A DNA stretch of 64,000 bases from Octopus sinensis (Eukaryota): the NCBI RefSeq assembly GCF_006345805.1, contig NC_043004.1:7998001-8062000 (forward strand). Reading direction: 5' to 3'. This document shows, piece by piece, positions 52,231-64,000 of the stretch. The translations under genes were made by a program, and so were the position numbers. A model generated the notes under the pieces. That model made no database searches and was not told where the DNA came from. It was given only the letters and a program-made list of their open reading frames with translations. Within the stretch, counting starts at the first letter, position 1. Every line of letters begins with the position of its first letter.

Positions 52231-52442
52231 TTTTCTACTCTAGGCACAACGCCCAAAAGTTTTGGGGAAGGGGGGCAGTCGATTAGATTGACACCAATAC
52301 GCAACTGGTACTTAATTTATCGACCCCGAAAGGGGGAAAAGCGAAGTCGACCTCGGTGGTATTCGAACTCAGAACGTAAAGAAAAACGAAATAACGCTAA
52401 GAACTTCGCCCGGCGTATTAACGTTTCTGCCAGCTCGCTGCC
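52231..52442 (-). mobile_element. SINE family A
   Basis: Reverse complement of the family A consensus. Confidence 0.85.
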
Positions 52443-53187
52443 TTAAAAATTGTATACATATTAATACAGTTATGCAAATAACTTATCATTTATTATAAAA
52501 TACATTACAAAATAAATAATTTTTACACGTTATTAAGCTACGAAATAGTTATCGTTAAATAAGAATTTCCAATGGGAGAATAAACTTCATCGTATTTCTC
52601 TCGATATTTATAACTTTATACAGTTGCTTGTTTTTTATACCCTACTATATATTCTATGCTTTGTACAATGATACATGGAGCTTTTTTATGAGTACCAGCG
52701 GATTAGTTGAATCCGTATAATGTGACTTAAATTTACACACACACACACACTCACACACACACACATGCACACACACACACACACCACACACACACACACA
52801 CACACATACACACGTACGTATATATATATATCGTTTAGATTTGTTTACGAGACACGTTTTGAATATGCAAATGAATCTCCCGTTCCATTATGCCTACCAC
52901 CGTCTAATGATGCTGACTAGAGACCCAGTTTTTGTGGTTGCCTCGGATGGAATTTATAAATATTTGATGCATCGCTACGCGCGTTTCTACAGTAAAACTT
53001 GCCGTATAGAGTTCGTAATGATATATCTTGCCCAACCCACTAGCAGAAACATCTAGATGATTCTAAATCCCCTGAGTCCAAAATAATCCGCAAAAACAAA
53101 AATTCCATCCAGTAAAACTTGATAATAATCGGGGCCGTTTCAAGGAGTGATTTTCATTCACGCCTAAATGCGATAATAATAATAATG

Positions 53188-53245
<58 letters not shown>

Positions 53246-53273
53246 TAATAACAATAATAATAATATTAAAAAA

Positions 53274-53305
<32 letters not shown>

Positions 53306-53306
53306 G

Positions 53307-53367
<61 letters not shown>

Positions 53368-53368
<1 letters not shown>

Positions 53369-53697
53369 GACCTACTCATTGAAATTGAGAAAATGTGGCA
53401 TCTCAAGGCGGTTACAATACCAGTGATCGTAGGAGCACTAGGAATGATGAAGAAGGGAACCGAAAATTATATGAGAATGATCCCTGGCTTACCATCCCTT
53501 GCAAGAAGTGCAAAAGATTGTCTTAACTGGTACATCATACGTATTGAGAAGAGCATTGTCGATGTGAGAACTGTTGCTGCTCATGTATACTGAGTTTGGT
53601 TTAATGGCCTACCAATGTATACTATGAGTTTCTTTGCCCTAGGAATCGGGAAGACACTCGACAGGAAATGGAAGCAAATTTGAAAGAAGAAAAAAAA
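53368..53697 (+). mobile_element. R4/Dong-like RLE retrotransposon 3' end inserted in (TAA)n
   Basis: LLIEIEKMWHLKAVTIPVIVGALG...QEVQKIVLTGT; long (AAT)n on both sides. Confidence 0.85.
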
Positions 53698-53703
53698 GTA
53701 ATG

Positions 53704-53762
<59 letters not shown>

Positions 53763-54005
53763 CAACAGTAATAATGACAATATTCTCTAGTTTTAAAACT
53801 GGTATCTAGTGAGTGATATCAGATCTTATAGAGCTGCAGGCGTTATAATTGTTTTCAAATATTTACAATAGCAAAATGGAACGTATTGTATTTTATTTGT
53901 ATTGCAGAAACCCTTAACCACCGCATACACACACACACACACACACACGCCTATACACATATTCATGCATACGTATGTTTTCCTCATTCGTTCCATCTCT
54001 CTTCA

Positions 54006-54056
<51 letters not shown>

Positions 54057-54320
54057 CCTCTCTCTCTCTCTCATATCTTTTTATAATGTCTTCAGTTCCA
54101 GTTGCAGTAATCACTGTGCAGCCTCTTTCAAATTTCTGCTTAAAGATCCTCCCTTATTACAGCAATGGCAGACTGACTATATTTTCATAAAGTTTGATTA
54201 TTTACTTTTCTTACCATATCTGTTTCAACGATTTTATTATTATTTTCCTTTTAACCCCCCACATGATAATCTGGTTGTTTTCGTTCACGACACACATACA
54301 ACACATAGAACACCCATATA

Positions 54321-54402
<82 letters not shown>

Positions 54403-54433
54403 ATACATACATACATACATTACATACATACAT

Positions 54434-54467
<34 letters not shown>

Positions 54468-54473
54468 AATATA

Positions 54474-54506
<33 letters not shown>

Positions 54507-55599
54507 CATACATACATACATATATATATGTATATATATATATATATATTATATATATATAATATATATATTTGTGTGCGTGAGTGGTGTTTGTGTGTGA
54601 ACATACGTATGTATGCATGTGTATGTATATATTTGTGTGTGTTGAACATTACGTCCGTCTAATCACTAATAATATTATCGAATAAAATACTAGCAAGCAA
54701 ATGCAGAGCCGGGTGTCGACCCACTTAACTATCACTTGCCACTTGACAGCTTTACCGATTATATACTTAATTTAAAAAGGATTGGGGTAGACCAACTCCA
54801 TGAGGTATAGTCGTTAACCGCAATTAGTATATAGCATTATATGAACTTATACCTATACACTCTCACCCACAAATAATATTACCATTATACGATCTTGACG
54901 AAACAATAACACTGCCAGTGTCTGGCATCCCCATGGAATTACGGTCATCAGAGCGCTAGCCAGATCCGTTTTATCGAACGAGAATGTTAACATAAATGTA
55001 AACATTATATAATTGTAATATAAAATATTTGACATATGAGCATTACCCAATCATTATATTACACACACACACACAGACACACAAACACACACACATACGC
55101 ACAAAGTCACACGCATACACACGCACAACGACACACTCACAAAGAGACACACATTCTCTCTTTTCTTTATTAATGAAGCTATCGCCTTTACTTCGTTGCC
55201 ACCACAGTGCTGAATTTGTGTTTTTACAATTTCACTTCCTATTCCCCATTGAAAGCTTTGTGACTTTCTGCCATCCTCTTTCTGTTCTCTATCACTATCT
55301 GTTTATTCTTTTTATTTTCTTTCTTAATACAATGCACATTCCCCCCCTCTCTCTCTCACTCTTTCTCACTTCTTTTTATCTCTTCGCTACTCTGTTTGTA
55401 TCAAAACTTCTTTTACTTCTCAATTGACAACGAATTGGTATTCCTCGCCATGCAACATCATTGACTAATACAAAAAGATGTGGATGGGTGGGCATAGCAT
55501 CGACGAGAAATAGTCAAAGCCACAATATTTTCTGTGATTGTTCCTGATTCTGTAGAATTTAAAAATTCATTAGAATCATCAGATCTATCACTACACAAA

Positions 55600-57715
55600 T
55601 ACAGACTTCAGTTAAAAATAAAGGATCGTCAATAATGTTGCTGCAAAATGTACACCAACGCGACTGTATAATGGCAAAAGATTAAGAACATTTTGCTGCA
55701 TGTCATCGAGATCCCTAATCTTCCTAGACGCACTTAAAGAGAGAGATTTATTCATGACTAGAATTCTACTCATATCAATGAATGTGATCTTTCGATCTAA
55801 AAGAAAATCCAAATGTTAACATAACATTCAATAAATTCCAAGGGTCAACATTCATTGATGCTGGACTACACGTTGAGGAATATTGATTTTGCAAGTGACC
55901 AATTTTGTGTAGAATGCTTAAGTGTTTGAAATCCTCGTGATCTCTTTAATTATGCGTCTGCTGGTGAAACGAAAAACATTGCAGACCCTGAGATATTGAT
56001 ATGGCAATTTTCACAGCTTTGGCAATTCTTGTTAAAGCTATGAGTGCCGATCTAATATCGTATAATCTGGGATTTATAACAACTTCTAGTATAATTTCCC
56101 TATCATTTCAAGTATTGCCGTGATAAGAATATATGAGGTAAAGATTTTAAAGAATACAAGCTTATGTAAATATTTTCACATTTACTTAGCCATGTGTTCT
56201 TAATTTGTTTGAGTTATTATTTGTCACTGACGCCATTAAATTATATAAAATACGCTATTAATAGTGTTACTCCAGCGAAGGTCACCTAGCAGCGATGGTG
56301 GCATGCTATCAGCCAGTGGGACGTGATGACAGTAGATATTTGCTACTGATGAAACTGAAAGAAGCAGAAATCTGGATCTAGCAATGCCACCGCTGTTAAT
56401 AGGTGACCGCCTGCTGCTGATATTTTTCTGGGTTTTCTTTTTATTACAAGAGGTCTAAAAAAGATGTTTCCTCGAGACGAATACTGCAGTGTAGAAGGCT
56501 TTCAACGGTATATATAACTGAAGTACGTATACAGATCGTTCATTTGGACTAATGCTGTCTCCGTCGATATGTGGCTATGCCGAGGGAACTGCCAGTGTAA
56601 TCACCTTTTCAATAGCCACTCTTATGCGATTGGATTTCGGTGGAGGAGGGAGTTCGATACTACTGCCCCCTTTTGAGTTTCTTGCCGTGATGTAGATTCA
56701 CCAGGGACCGTGAATGGCAGAGGTTAAGTTGTTCCTTGACAGCATCTACCCCTACTCCATGAAGATCCCTCAGATGTTTTGAAAGCATTAAATAACTGTA
56801 GTACCTTGAATCCAAAGCTATTGCAGTACATGATCCTCACTCCATGTACAGTGGACCTATCTTGTACCATACTGAAGCAAGCTCTCTTTTGCAAATCTAT
56901 AGGAGAAGGCTTTAGGATTTGTTTTTATATATTTTACAGCCTTGGCTTCTTTCTCAGCTGTTTCCTTTTCATGGAAGTGTTTGAGTTTATTTTCGATCTC
57001 GACCAAAGTTTGTTTGGGAAAGAATCCTTTGCTATTCTTAAGTGGCCCATTTAAGATTTTTCGCGTCGTCTCATTAGAAGCTTCCTATCTCTGAGAATTA
57101 TGTTTTTCTGTTGGTTTAACATTCTCTCTGGAGCAAACTCACAGCATAAGTCATGCATGATTGTCATAAAGTGCTGCAGTTTTATGGCAATATCTTGCGT
57201 AGAGAGATTGGTAGACCAGTTTTGTTCCTTGACCTCTTTCTCAATACCCCCTGCTTCAATAAGCTTTATGAAAGTTCAGGCTGGATAGGAGTTGGGTGCT
57301 TCTAGTAGCCTGCTCCATTAAGTTATGGTCCGAGAGAATCGTCATCTTCATATTATGGATAAGCGCCGTACCATTTGTGAAGTAGAGGTTCAAAACGCTT
57401 TCAACCTTTGTTGTGTAGGGCCCTATTTGCTCTAAAGAGCATGTTTTGGAGGTCGAGCAGAGATTCTACTTGTCTCTGGTCATGCAGTGACATACTTGAG
57501 AGAAGGCGGCTCTCAGCCCATTCGATGTTAGTGAGGATGAATTCCTGTAGAAGTATGTAAAAGCTGTCATCTCCGTTGGTTGATACTCCTTCCATACTTT
57601 TGAATCCCTCTTCAAACGAGTCCCCATGATACGGAGCATCGGGTGCGCAATATGTGGTACATGTTACTATTCTCCTCTGTTGTGTGACAGGGTGTGACAG
57701 TAGGACTACAGGCAT
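55600..57715 (-). mobile_element. CR1/L2-type LINE ORF2 relic, heavily decayed
   Basis: Minus translations EAKAVKYIKTNPKAF and DSISP (inter EN-RT region); many stops; distal boundary uncertain. Confidence 0.55.
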
Positions 57716-57853
57716 GAAATATATGAACTTCGCAAGAATCTATTTTTATTCGATTAGAATGATAAGCAGATATTACAAGTATAACTTATATACGTAGTGA
57801 GTAGTGTCTCCACACGTTCCAAACCAAACACCGTGACAAAAAGAGTGGAAAAC

Positions 57854-57897
57854 ACAGCTCGACGAAGGTTAGTTGACTGAAACTTCGAAGTCACTGT
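57854..57897 (+). ncRNA. hammerhead-like motif with atypical 5' core (CUCGACGA)
   Basis: ACAG-CUCGACGA-A-GGUU(AGUU)GACU-GAAAC-UUCGAA-GUC/ACUGU; the 3' half recurs at 49025-49046. Confidence 0.5.
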
Positions 57898-58010
57898 TAC
57901 TGTACACCTCCTCTTGTAAAGGTTGAAGAAACATGTACAATACCGAGTAATTCTTTAGTTTAATTTGCTTTTATATATAACTTGACATTTTTTATAAAAA
58001 CAAACATATA

Positions 58011-58223
58011 TCCTTTTCTACTCTATGTACAAGGCCTGAAATTTTGGGAGAGGGAGCCAGTTGATTAGATCGACCCCAGTACGCAACTAGTACTTAATTT
58101 ATCGACCCCGAAAGGATTAACGGCAAAGTCGACCTCGGCGGAATTTGAACTCAAAACTTAGCGGCAGACGAAATACCGCTAAGCATTTCGCCCGGCGTGC
58201 TAACAGTTCTGCCAGTTCGCCGC
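58011..58223 (-). mobile_element. SINE family A
   Basis: Near-consensus reverse copy. Confidence 0.85.
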
Positions 58224-58255
58224 TTTAGCAAGAATATATATCGATATACATATAA

Positions 58256-58465
58256 GGCGACGAGCTGGTGGAATCATCAGTATGCCGAATAAAACGCTTA
58301 GCGGCATTTAGTCCGTCTTTATGTCTTAAGTTCAAATTCTGAGGTTGACTTTGCTCTTCGTCCTTTCGGGAACGATAAAATAAGTACCAATTGAGCTCTG
58401 GGGTCGATTTAATCAATTTATCCTCTCCCCCAAAACTTCTAGCATTGTGGCGAAATTTGAAACCA
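58256..58465 (+). mobile_element. SINE family A subfamily, head-to-head with 58011-58223
   Basis: GGCGACGAGCTGG...AAGTTCAAATTC...GGGGTCGATTTAATC. Confidence 0.8.
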
Positions 58466-59549
58466 GTTTAGATATATACGTAAGATGGCGAGTTGGCTGG
58501 CTGGTTGGCTGGCAGAATCGTTAGCACGCCGGAAAAAATGCTTAGCAGCATTTCGTCCATGCTTACATTCTAAATCATACCTTACCTTAACTCTATTTTG
58601 CTGAGATAAATTATTTTCTAAATATAATACGCCACAGGGAGGTTGATTATGGCCCTTCAATTGTATACAAGATTCCGTGAGTATAAGGGAGTTAGGATAA
58701 TTGTTTTCCATTCCCACAACTCCTGCAGAGCCACAACGTCACTTTTGTTTGTATTGAATGAAAATTCCTTGGTTTTTGAGGGGGGAAACGACAAGGTTGT
58801 TTGCTAACCTCGATCGAGTTTTGTTCCTGTATCATGGGGTCAGAGAATAAAGGATGAATTCCTTTCTCATGTGGAGGGGTTTCGAATAAATCTTCATTCG
58901 GTGGGGTAACAAGAAGAAGAAGAAGAAGAAGAAGAAGAAGAAGAAGAAGAAGAAGAAGAAGAACTAATTGTCCAGTGTTATTCCAAATATTTAACATTTG
59001 TTCTCTGAAGAAGCGCTTTGAGAGAAGTTTCGCCATATCATCCGCGCTTATAACTAAGCTAATTGGTGAAATTTATTAAAGAACTTTTGCCGACTCCGAC
59101 CACCATTTGTTTGAATTGTTTGGTTCCAGATCAACGCTGAGAGAGAAAAATCAATGGACAAAGGTACTCCAGCCGTGGCTATCCTGTTGTTTTGGAAGTA
59201 TGTAATCTAATATATTTCTCTTGATTTAAGCCACTGGAGTTCGAATCCATTTGGCATCGTTCCTTCTCCGTTTCCTTGTATTTCATGTTTTCAAGAGACT
59301 TCTCTGCGTCTCTCGATATTTGTGAAATCCTTTTCTTTACACAAACACTTTTACATTTTGTTAATTTTCCCTTCGTATTTTTCATTGAATATTTGAGATG
59401 ATACATCATCATTGCTATTTTCTTCCTTTCTTTCATTCTTCCTCTCTCTCTCTCCTTCCTCTCCCCATTCATCTCTCTACACACATATAACAACATACAT
59501 AACACACACATACATTCAACCATATATATATAGTTAGGAAATTATAAAT

Positions 59550-60812
59550 TATGCTCTCTTTTTATTTTGGCACTACGGCCACAACACAGAGGGGACACTA
59601 CAGTGGGGACAAAAGCATAAAACGAATGAAAATGAGATATTTATATAAAAAGGAAAAAGGAAATGGCTGCATGGGCCCCACTCCCAAGCAGTACCATTTG
59701 AACGTTTATACAAATTATTTACAATCGTTCTATTAACTTCTTGTTTTTCCTTAATCTCGTTTTTTCCTTTTTTTTACTTTTTAAAAGATACATTTTTTCT
59801 TTCTTTCTTTCTTCAATAAAACAATTTTACTTACTTGTTTCCTTTTAATATTTCATGAAGGGTTCTAAATCTTTTTGCTCCACTACAGGTGGCAATTCAT
59901 CGTATTCCACCATCACACCTGGCGGGTCAATCCCTTCTCCAAACGTCTTTTAGTCTGTTATAGGTGTCCTTGTCGACCACGATGGCCTTCACATTCTCGG
60001 AATACACATCCGTGGGCAACTTTACTTTTATGATATGTTTAAACTTTAATATTTTCTTTTCAGTTTCTTTGCTTTTTGTGTACATCACAAAATTCCATCT
60101 AAATTTTCCTTTTCTTGTCCTGCTCCGCTCCCGGTACCTTCTTTTACTCTGGACAGTCTCTCCACTTGCGTTTCTAAATTTTTTCCCTCCACCGGAACAA
60201 CCGGTGTCTTCGCCAATGTCTGTTCCTTATGCAACTCCCCCCCCCGTGAACGCTTCAAGTTCCTCTTCTCTTATTTTATCCACCACCATTTCGTCCTCCT
60301 TCCTTCTGGTCTCCTCAATTCCCATCTCGTCTTTCTTCTTTTTCTGCTGCTCTGGCGGAGAGCTTACTTTCCCACTTCTCTTTCTTTCTTTAAACACCGT
60401 GAACCCCTCCTCCGTTGCTTTCTCTTTATCTCGACCACCTGGTCCGTGCTCTCCGGCCTCTCCGTCTGCTCTATCTGTTGTTCCCTGTGGGGGCACCTCG
60501 CCTTCATGTGGCCTTTCCCCCCTCCCCACATGTATAACATGTAGGTGGCCTGCCCTCCGCCACCACTCTCAGTCTTATCTCGTCGGGAGCACTACCTCTT
60601 CGACAATTCTGTTTAGGTCTTCCACTATTGCTTGAACGGTTAACTCTATTCCATATCCTCAGTAGTTAATTCTTTGCGTTCTTGTGGCCTTCTGTATCTT
60701 GGCCCCCTCATTCATGTCATGCATTATGGCTGTCATCAGCCATGCTTCTTTCAGTTCTGGGGTCACTTTGCCAACTCGCACCCTGGCCACACGTTTGCCA
60801 CAGTACGGTGGC
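59550..60812 (-). mobile_element. ORF1/gag-like-only retroelement, copy A (pseudogenised)
   Basis: PYCGKRVARVRVG...EGRPPTCYTCG..KGHMKARC (CCHC, frameshifted), a charged coiled region, a C-terminal domain, then 3' UTR with AATAAA; no EN or RT. Confidence 0.65.
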
Positions 60813-60850
60813 AAAAGTACCCAAAAGTACGTTGGCAAAAGTACCCAAAA

Positions 60851-61752
60851 TGAAATAACTGCATGGGCCCCACTCCTATGCAGTACTATTTGAACGTTTA
60901 TATAAATTATTTACAATCGTTCTATTATCTTCTTGTTTTTTCTCTCGTTTTTTCCTCTTTTTAAAAAAATGAAGCAATTTTACTTTTTTCCTTCTTTCCT
61001 TCTTCAATAAAAAAATTTTACTTACTTTTTCCCTTTTTAATATTTCATGAAGAATTCTAAATCTTTTAGCTCCACTACAGGTGGCAATTCATCGAACTCC
61101 ACCATTACTCTTGGCGGGTCAATGACTTCTCCACACATGTCTTTTAGTCTGTTGTGGGTCTCCTTATCGATCACGATGGCCTTCACATTCTCGGAATACA
61201 CATCCGTGGCCAACTTAACTCTTATAATGCTCTTAAACTTTACTACTTTCTTTTCAGTTTCTTTGCTTTTTGTGTACGTCACAAAATCCATCTAAATTTT
61301 CCTTTTCTCATTTGTTTTCTCCTTTCCTGCTCTGCTCCTGTCACCTTCTTTTCTTCCACCTCCCTGAGCAGACTCTCCAGTTGTATTTCCAAACTTTTCT
61401 CCTCCACCGGAACAACCGGTGTCCTCGCCAATGTCTCCTCCTCATGCAACACCTCATTGAACACTTCTTCAGGTTCCTTTCGTTCATTTTTTCCACCACC
61501 ATTTCGTCTTCCTTCCTTCTGGTCTCCTCCTTTTCCACCTCTTCTTCCTTCTTTTTCAGCTGCTCTGGCTGAGATCTCACTCTCTCAATTCTCTTTCTTT
61601 TTTTAATCACCGTGAACCCCTCCTCCGTTGCTTTCTCCTTTATCTCGACCTGTGGCACCTGGTCCGTGCTCTCCTGCCTCTCTGTCTGCTCTATTTGTTG
61701 TTCCCTGTGGGGGCACCTCGCCTTCATGTGACCTTTTCCCCCACATGTAAAA
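60851..61752 (-). mobile_element. ORF1/gag-like-only retroelement, copy B (5'-truncated, tandem with copy A)
   Basis: Intact CX2CX4HX4C knuckle CFTCGGKGHMKARC; C-terminus ...ELPPVVELKDLEFFMKY*; 3' UTR homologous to 59668-59830. Confidence 0.65.
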
Positions 61753-61879
61753 CATAAGGCTGTGCTGCTGTGTTTAGAGCAGGCTTTTGTGCTTGTTTTC
61801 TCTTCCTTTCAGTAATCTGAATTTGAATCTCCTCTTTCTGGCTTCCATTTTCTTTTCCGAGTCCATTATTCCTGCGAGT

Positions 61880-62160
61880 CCCGGAAAACTATAGATCAAG
61901 GGAGGCAACTGAAAAGTGTTTAGTGCTGGATGTAGTGACTGAGATAGGATATTGTTGGTTGGAGGAGGCGAGACAGATGTATCTAGAATGTGTGGCTGGA
62001 GTTGATATGATGTTTCGTAATTCAGTGGAACAGATGCCGTTGTAATAGCAATACAAGAAGCAGAGTGGAGAATAGCGTGCTTGTAAATCAGCAATTATTT
62101 CGTTAAGAAACAATGTGTCAGAGATTCAGTGGTTGAAGTCTGTGAGTGAAGCCTCGTTAA
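61880..62160 (-). mobile_element. CR1/Jockey-type LINE 3' fragment
   Basis: LCFLYCYYNGICSTEL...TRL-like ORF2 C-terminal motif. Confidence 0.6.
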
Positions 62161-62717
62161 GAAATGGCCGCCGATATTTGTGTGTAGTAACAGTATTTCT
62201 CTTATATTTTTCTATGTCTATGTGGATGTAACTTTTTCTTTCTTTCCTCTTCATCGTCTACACCTCTCTCTCCCTCCCTCGTTCAGTTTTTTTATAATCA
62301 ACCACACAATATCTAACTCTTGAAGTAAACCGCTACTTCTTTCTACTTCTCCCAATCAAACTTTCATCTCTTCTTTCTATCATGTCACAAAAGTCTTAGA
62401 GGAAGACGCTTTTGCACGCTCTTCTTCTGCCCGGCCTCCTCGAGAAACAGAACCTGAGCAGAACACAATTATAGACAGGAAGCCAGTTCATTGGCAGTTA
62501 GGATGAAGTAGAAGTAGCGATAGCAGAAGTAAAAGCGGAAGTAGGAAGTTGTGGCCGCAATGTAACAACAAAGACGATAGCCAAAGGACAAATTAGATAA
62601 GTGCAAGGAAACAGAAATGAAATCCAAGAATTTACTTCTTTTTACTATTGAGAAATTTAAAGCAAGGAAATTTGACAGAAAAATTAATCTCTCTCTCCCC
62701 CTCTCTCTTTCTCTCTC

Positions 62718-62754
<37 letters not shown>

Positions 62755-62809
62755 ATGTATGTGTGTGTATGCATATATAAGTATATATATATGCAAATAC
62801 ATATGAAAA

Positions 62810-63105
62810 CAGGGTGCGGTGAATAAATTGTCGTCTAAATTATGCAAAGATGAAAATAACACTGACATCTTATTTTAACAGATATAGTTACCAAACTTAC
62901 ATAAAAATATCTTGAAATACTAAAGAGTAAATTTATTCAATAAAATCGCTATTGGTTCCAACCATGGTCTTCAGGTGAATACGGAATCTCCTGCACCTCT
63001 TCTGGACGGTTTAAGATGTAAATGCCGCCATAATATTTGCGTTCAGTTCATCTTTGGTGTTACAAGGAGTGTTGTTGGTCTCTTGCTCAACTCCATCCCA
63101 CACAT
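62810..63105 (-). mobile_element. Tc1/mariner (maT-like) transposase C-terminal fragment with one TIR
   Basis: WDGVEQETNNTPCNTKDEL...TVQKRCRRFR...FIE*; TIR-like CAGGGTGCGGTG at 62810. Confidence 0.65.
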
Positions 63106-63274
63106 AATAATCAAGGGGTTGCAGCCTGGGGTGATTCAGCATGGCCGCAGTCAGATGACTGAAACAAGTAATAGAATAAAAGGTTATATATAGATATATA
63201 TATATTTATATGTGTATGTGTGTGTGTGTGTGCGTGCGTGTGTGTGTGTATGTATACATATATATGTTTATATA

Positions 63275-64000
63275 TACACGTTTATTTTTAAACATAGTTC
63301 TCCTTGCGGTCCACTGACTTCTTCTAACGTTGTTGCAGTGATGAAACTTTCATCCTGTTGGTCAAAAAGGTCATTATCTGCAGATATGACGTCTTCATCC
63401 CTGCGAGATGCTGATTCCCAGCAAAGTGTTTTTCATTTTGCGGAGCAGATGATAGTCAGATGGAGAGGAAGGAGGGCGATCAGCTAGTTTATAACAAGAG
63501 CCCCTTTGTCAGTTTTCCTGGGCGTTTGGTCTTGATACGTTTTCCTAACCGCCTTAGCAAGTGGGCATAGTACTCGCCATTAACGTTGTGGCCCTTTTGA
63601 AGATAGTCAATGCGTTTTGCATCTTCCAAAACAGAAGCCATGAATTTTCATGCAGATAAATCGATCTAGGCCTTCTTTGGAGCAAATAAGGTGAGGTGTA
63701 TCCATTGCATGGATAATCTCTTTGTCTCTGACAAAGTCAATACTCATCTTGGCTTAGGAAACGTTCAAGGAAGCCAGCTGGATCTGCCTCAAACAATGTC
63801 ATATTTTTCCGTGCTGTGACCAAACTTGTTCGCTTTGAATGAAGCGTCTGATGACGTGGCACCCACCGAGCAGAAACCTTCATCATGCCAAGTTGAATGT
63901 GCAGAATATACTAGTAACATCGGCTATTTGATTTACAATCAATTCGCCTCTCCTCCATCATCATGTGGTGAACACAATCAATGGTTTTATCGATGATGGC
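63275..64000 (-). pseudogene. second mariner transposase relic, distinct subfamily, runs off the window edge
   Basis: KVSARWVPR, FLERFLSQDE, IDYLQKGHNVNGEYYA, SPSDYHL; internal deletion, stops and frameshifts. Confidence 0.85.

Noticed and set aside
63848-63885. CTGATGA...GAAAC spacing on the plus strand
   Set aside because: It is the antisense of the mariner WVPR coding region; helix II is not adjacent to GAAA and there is no NUH site with helix I.

Overview
AT-rich, microsatellite-dense animal genomic DNA, almost entirely repeat-derived (intronic or intergenic). It is probably from Octopus; this is inferred from recall of the SINE and LINE repertoire, not from a search. I find no confident host protein-coding gene, and most track ORFs are translated microsatellites. 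The window holds at least three tRNA-derived SINE families, decayed RTE, R4/Dong-like, Tx1/L1-like and CR1/L2-like LINE pieces, three mariner-type transposase relics, a pogo/Tigger MITE, three Helitron PIF1-helicase relics, several non-autonomous Helitrons and a 100-N gap. The best signal is non-coding. A ~361-bp tandem array at 23.6-24.5 kb carries one minimal type I hammerhead ribozyme per unit, with a compensatory U3:A8 core. A diverged relative at 31.3-31.7 kb has the canonical C3:G8 core and compensatory changes in every helix. Together they suggest a retrozyme or Penelope-type self-cleaving RNA family that could make circular RNA. Three more unrelated hammerhead-like motifs occur at 47.0, 48.5 and 57.9 kb. 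Other notable items are an ORF1-only (HAL1-like) retroelement sharing its 3' tail with the Tx1-like LINE, and a 34-bp minisatellite inside a Helitron whose unit matches a SINE segment. All folds and alignments were done by eye; repeat boundaries are approximate.
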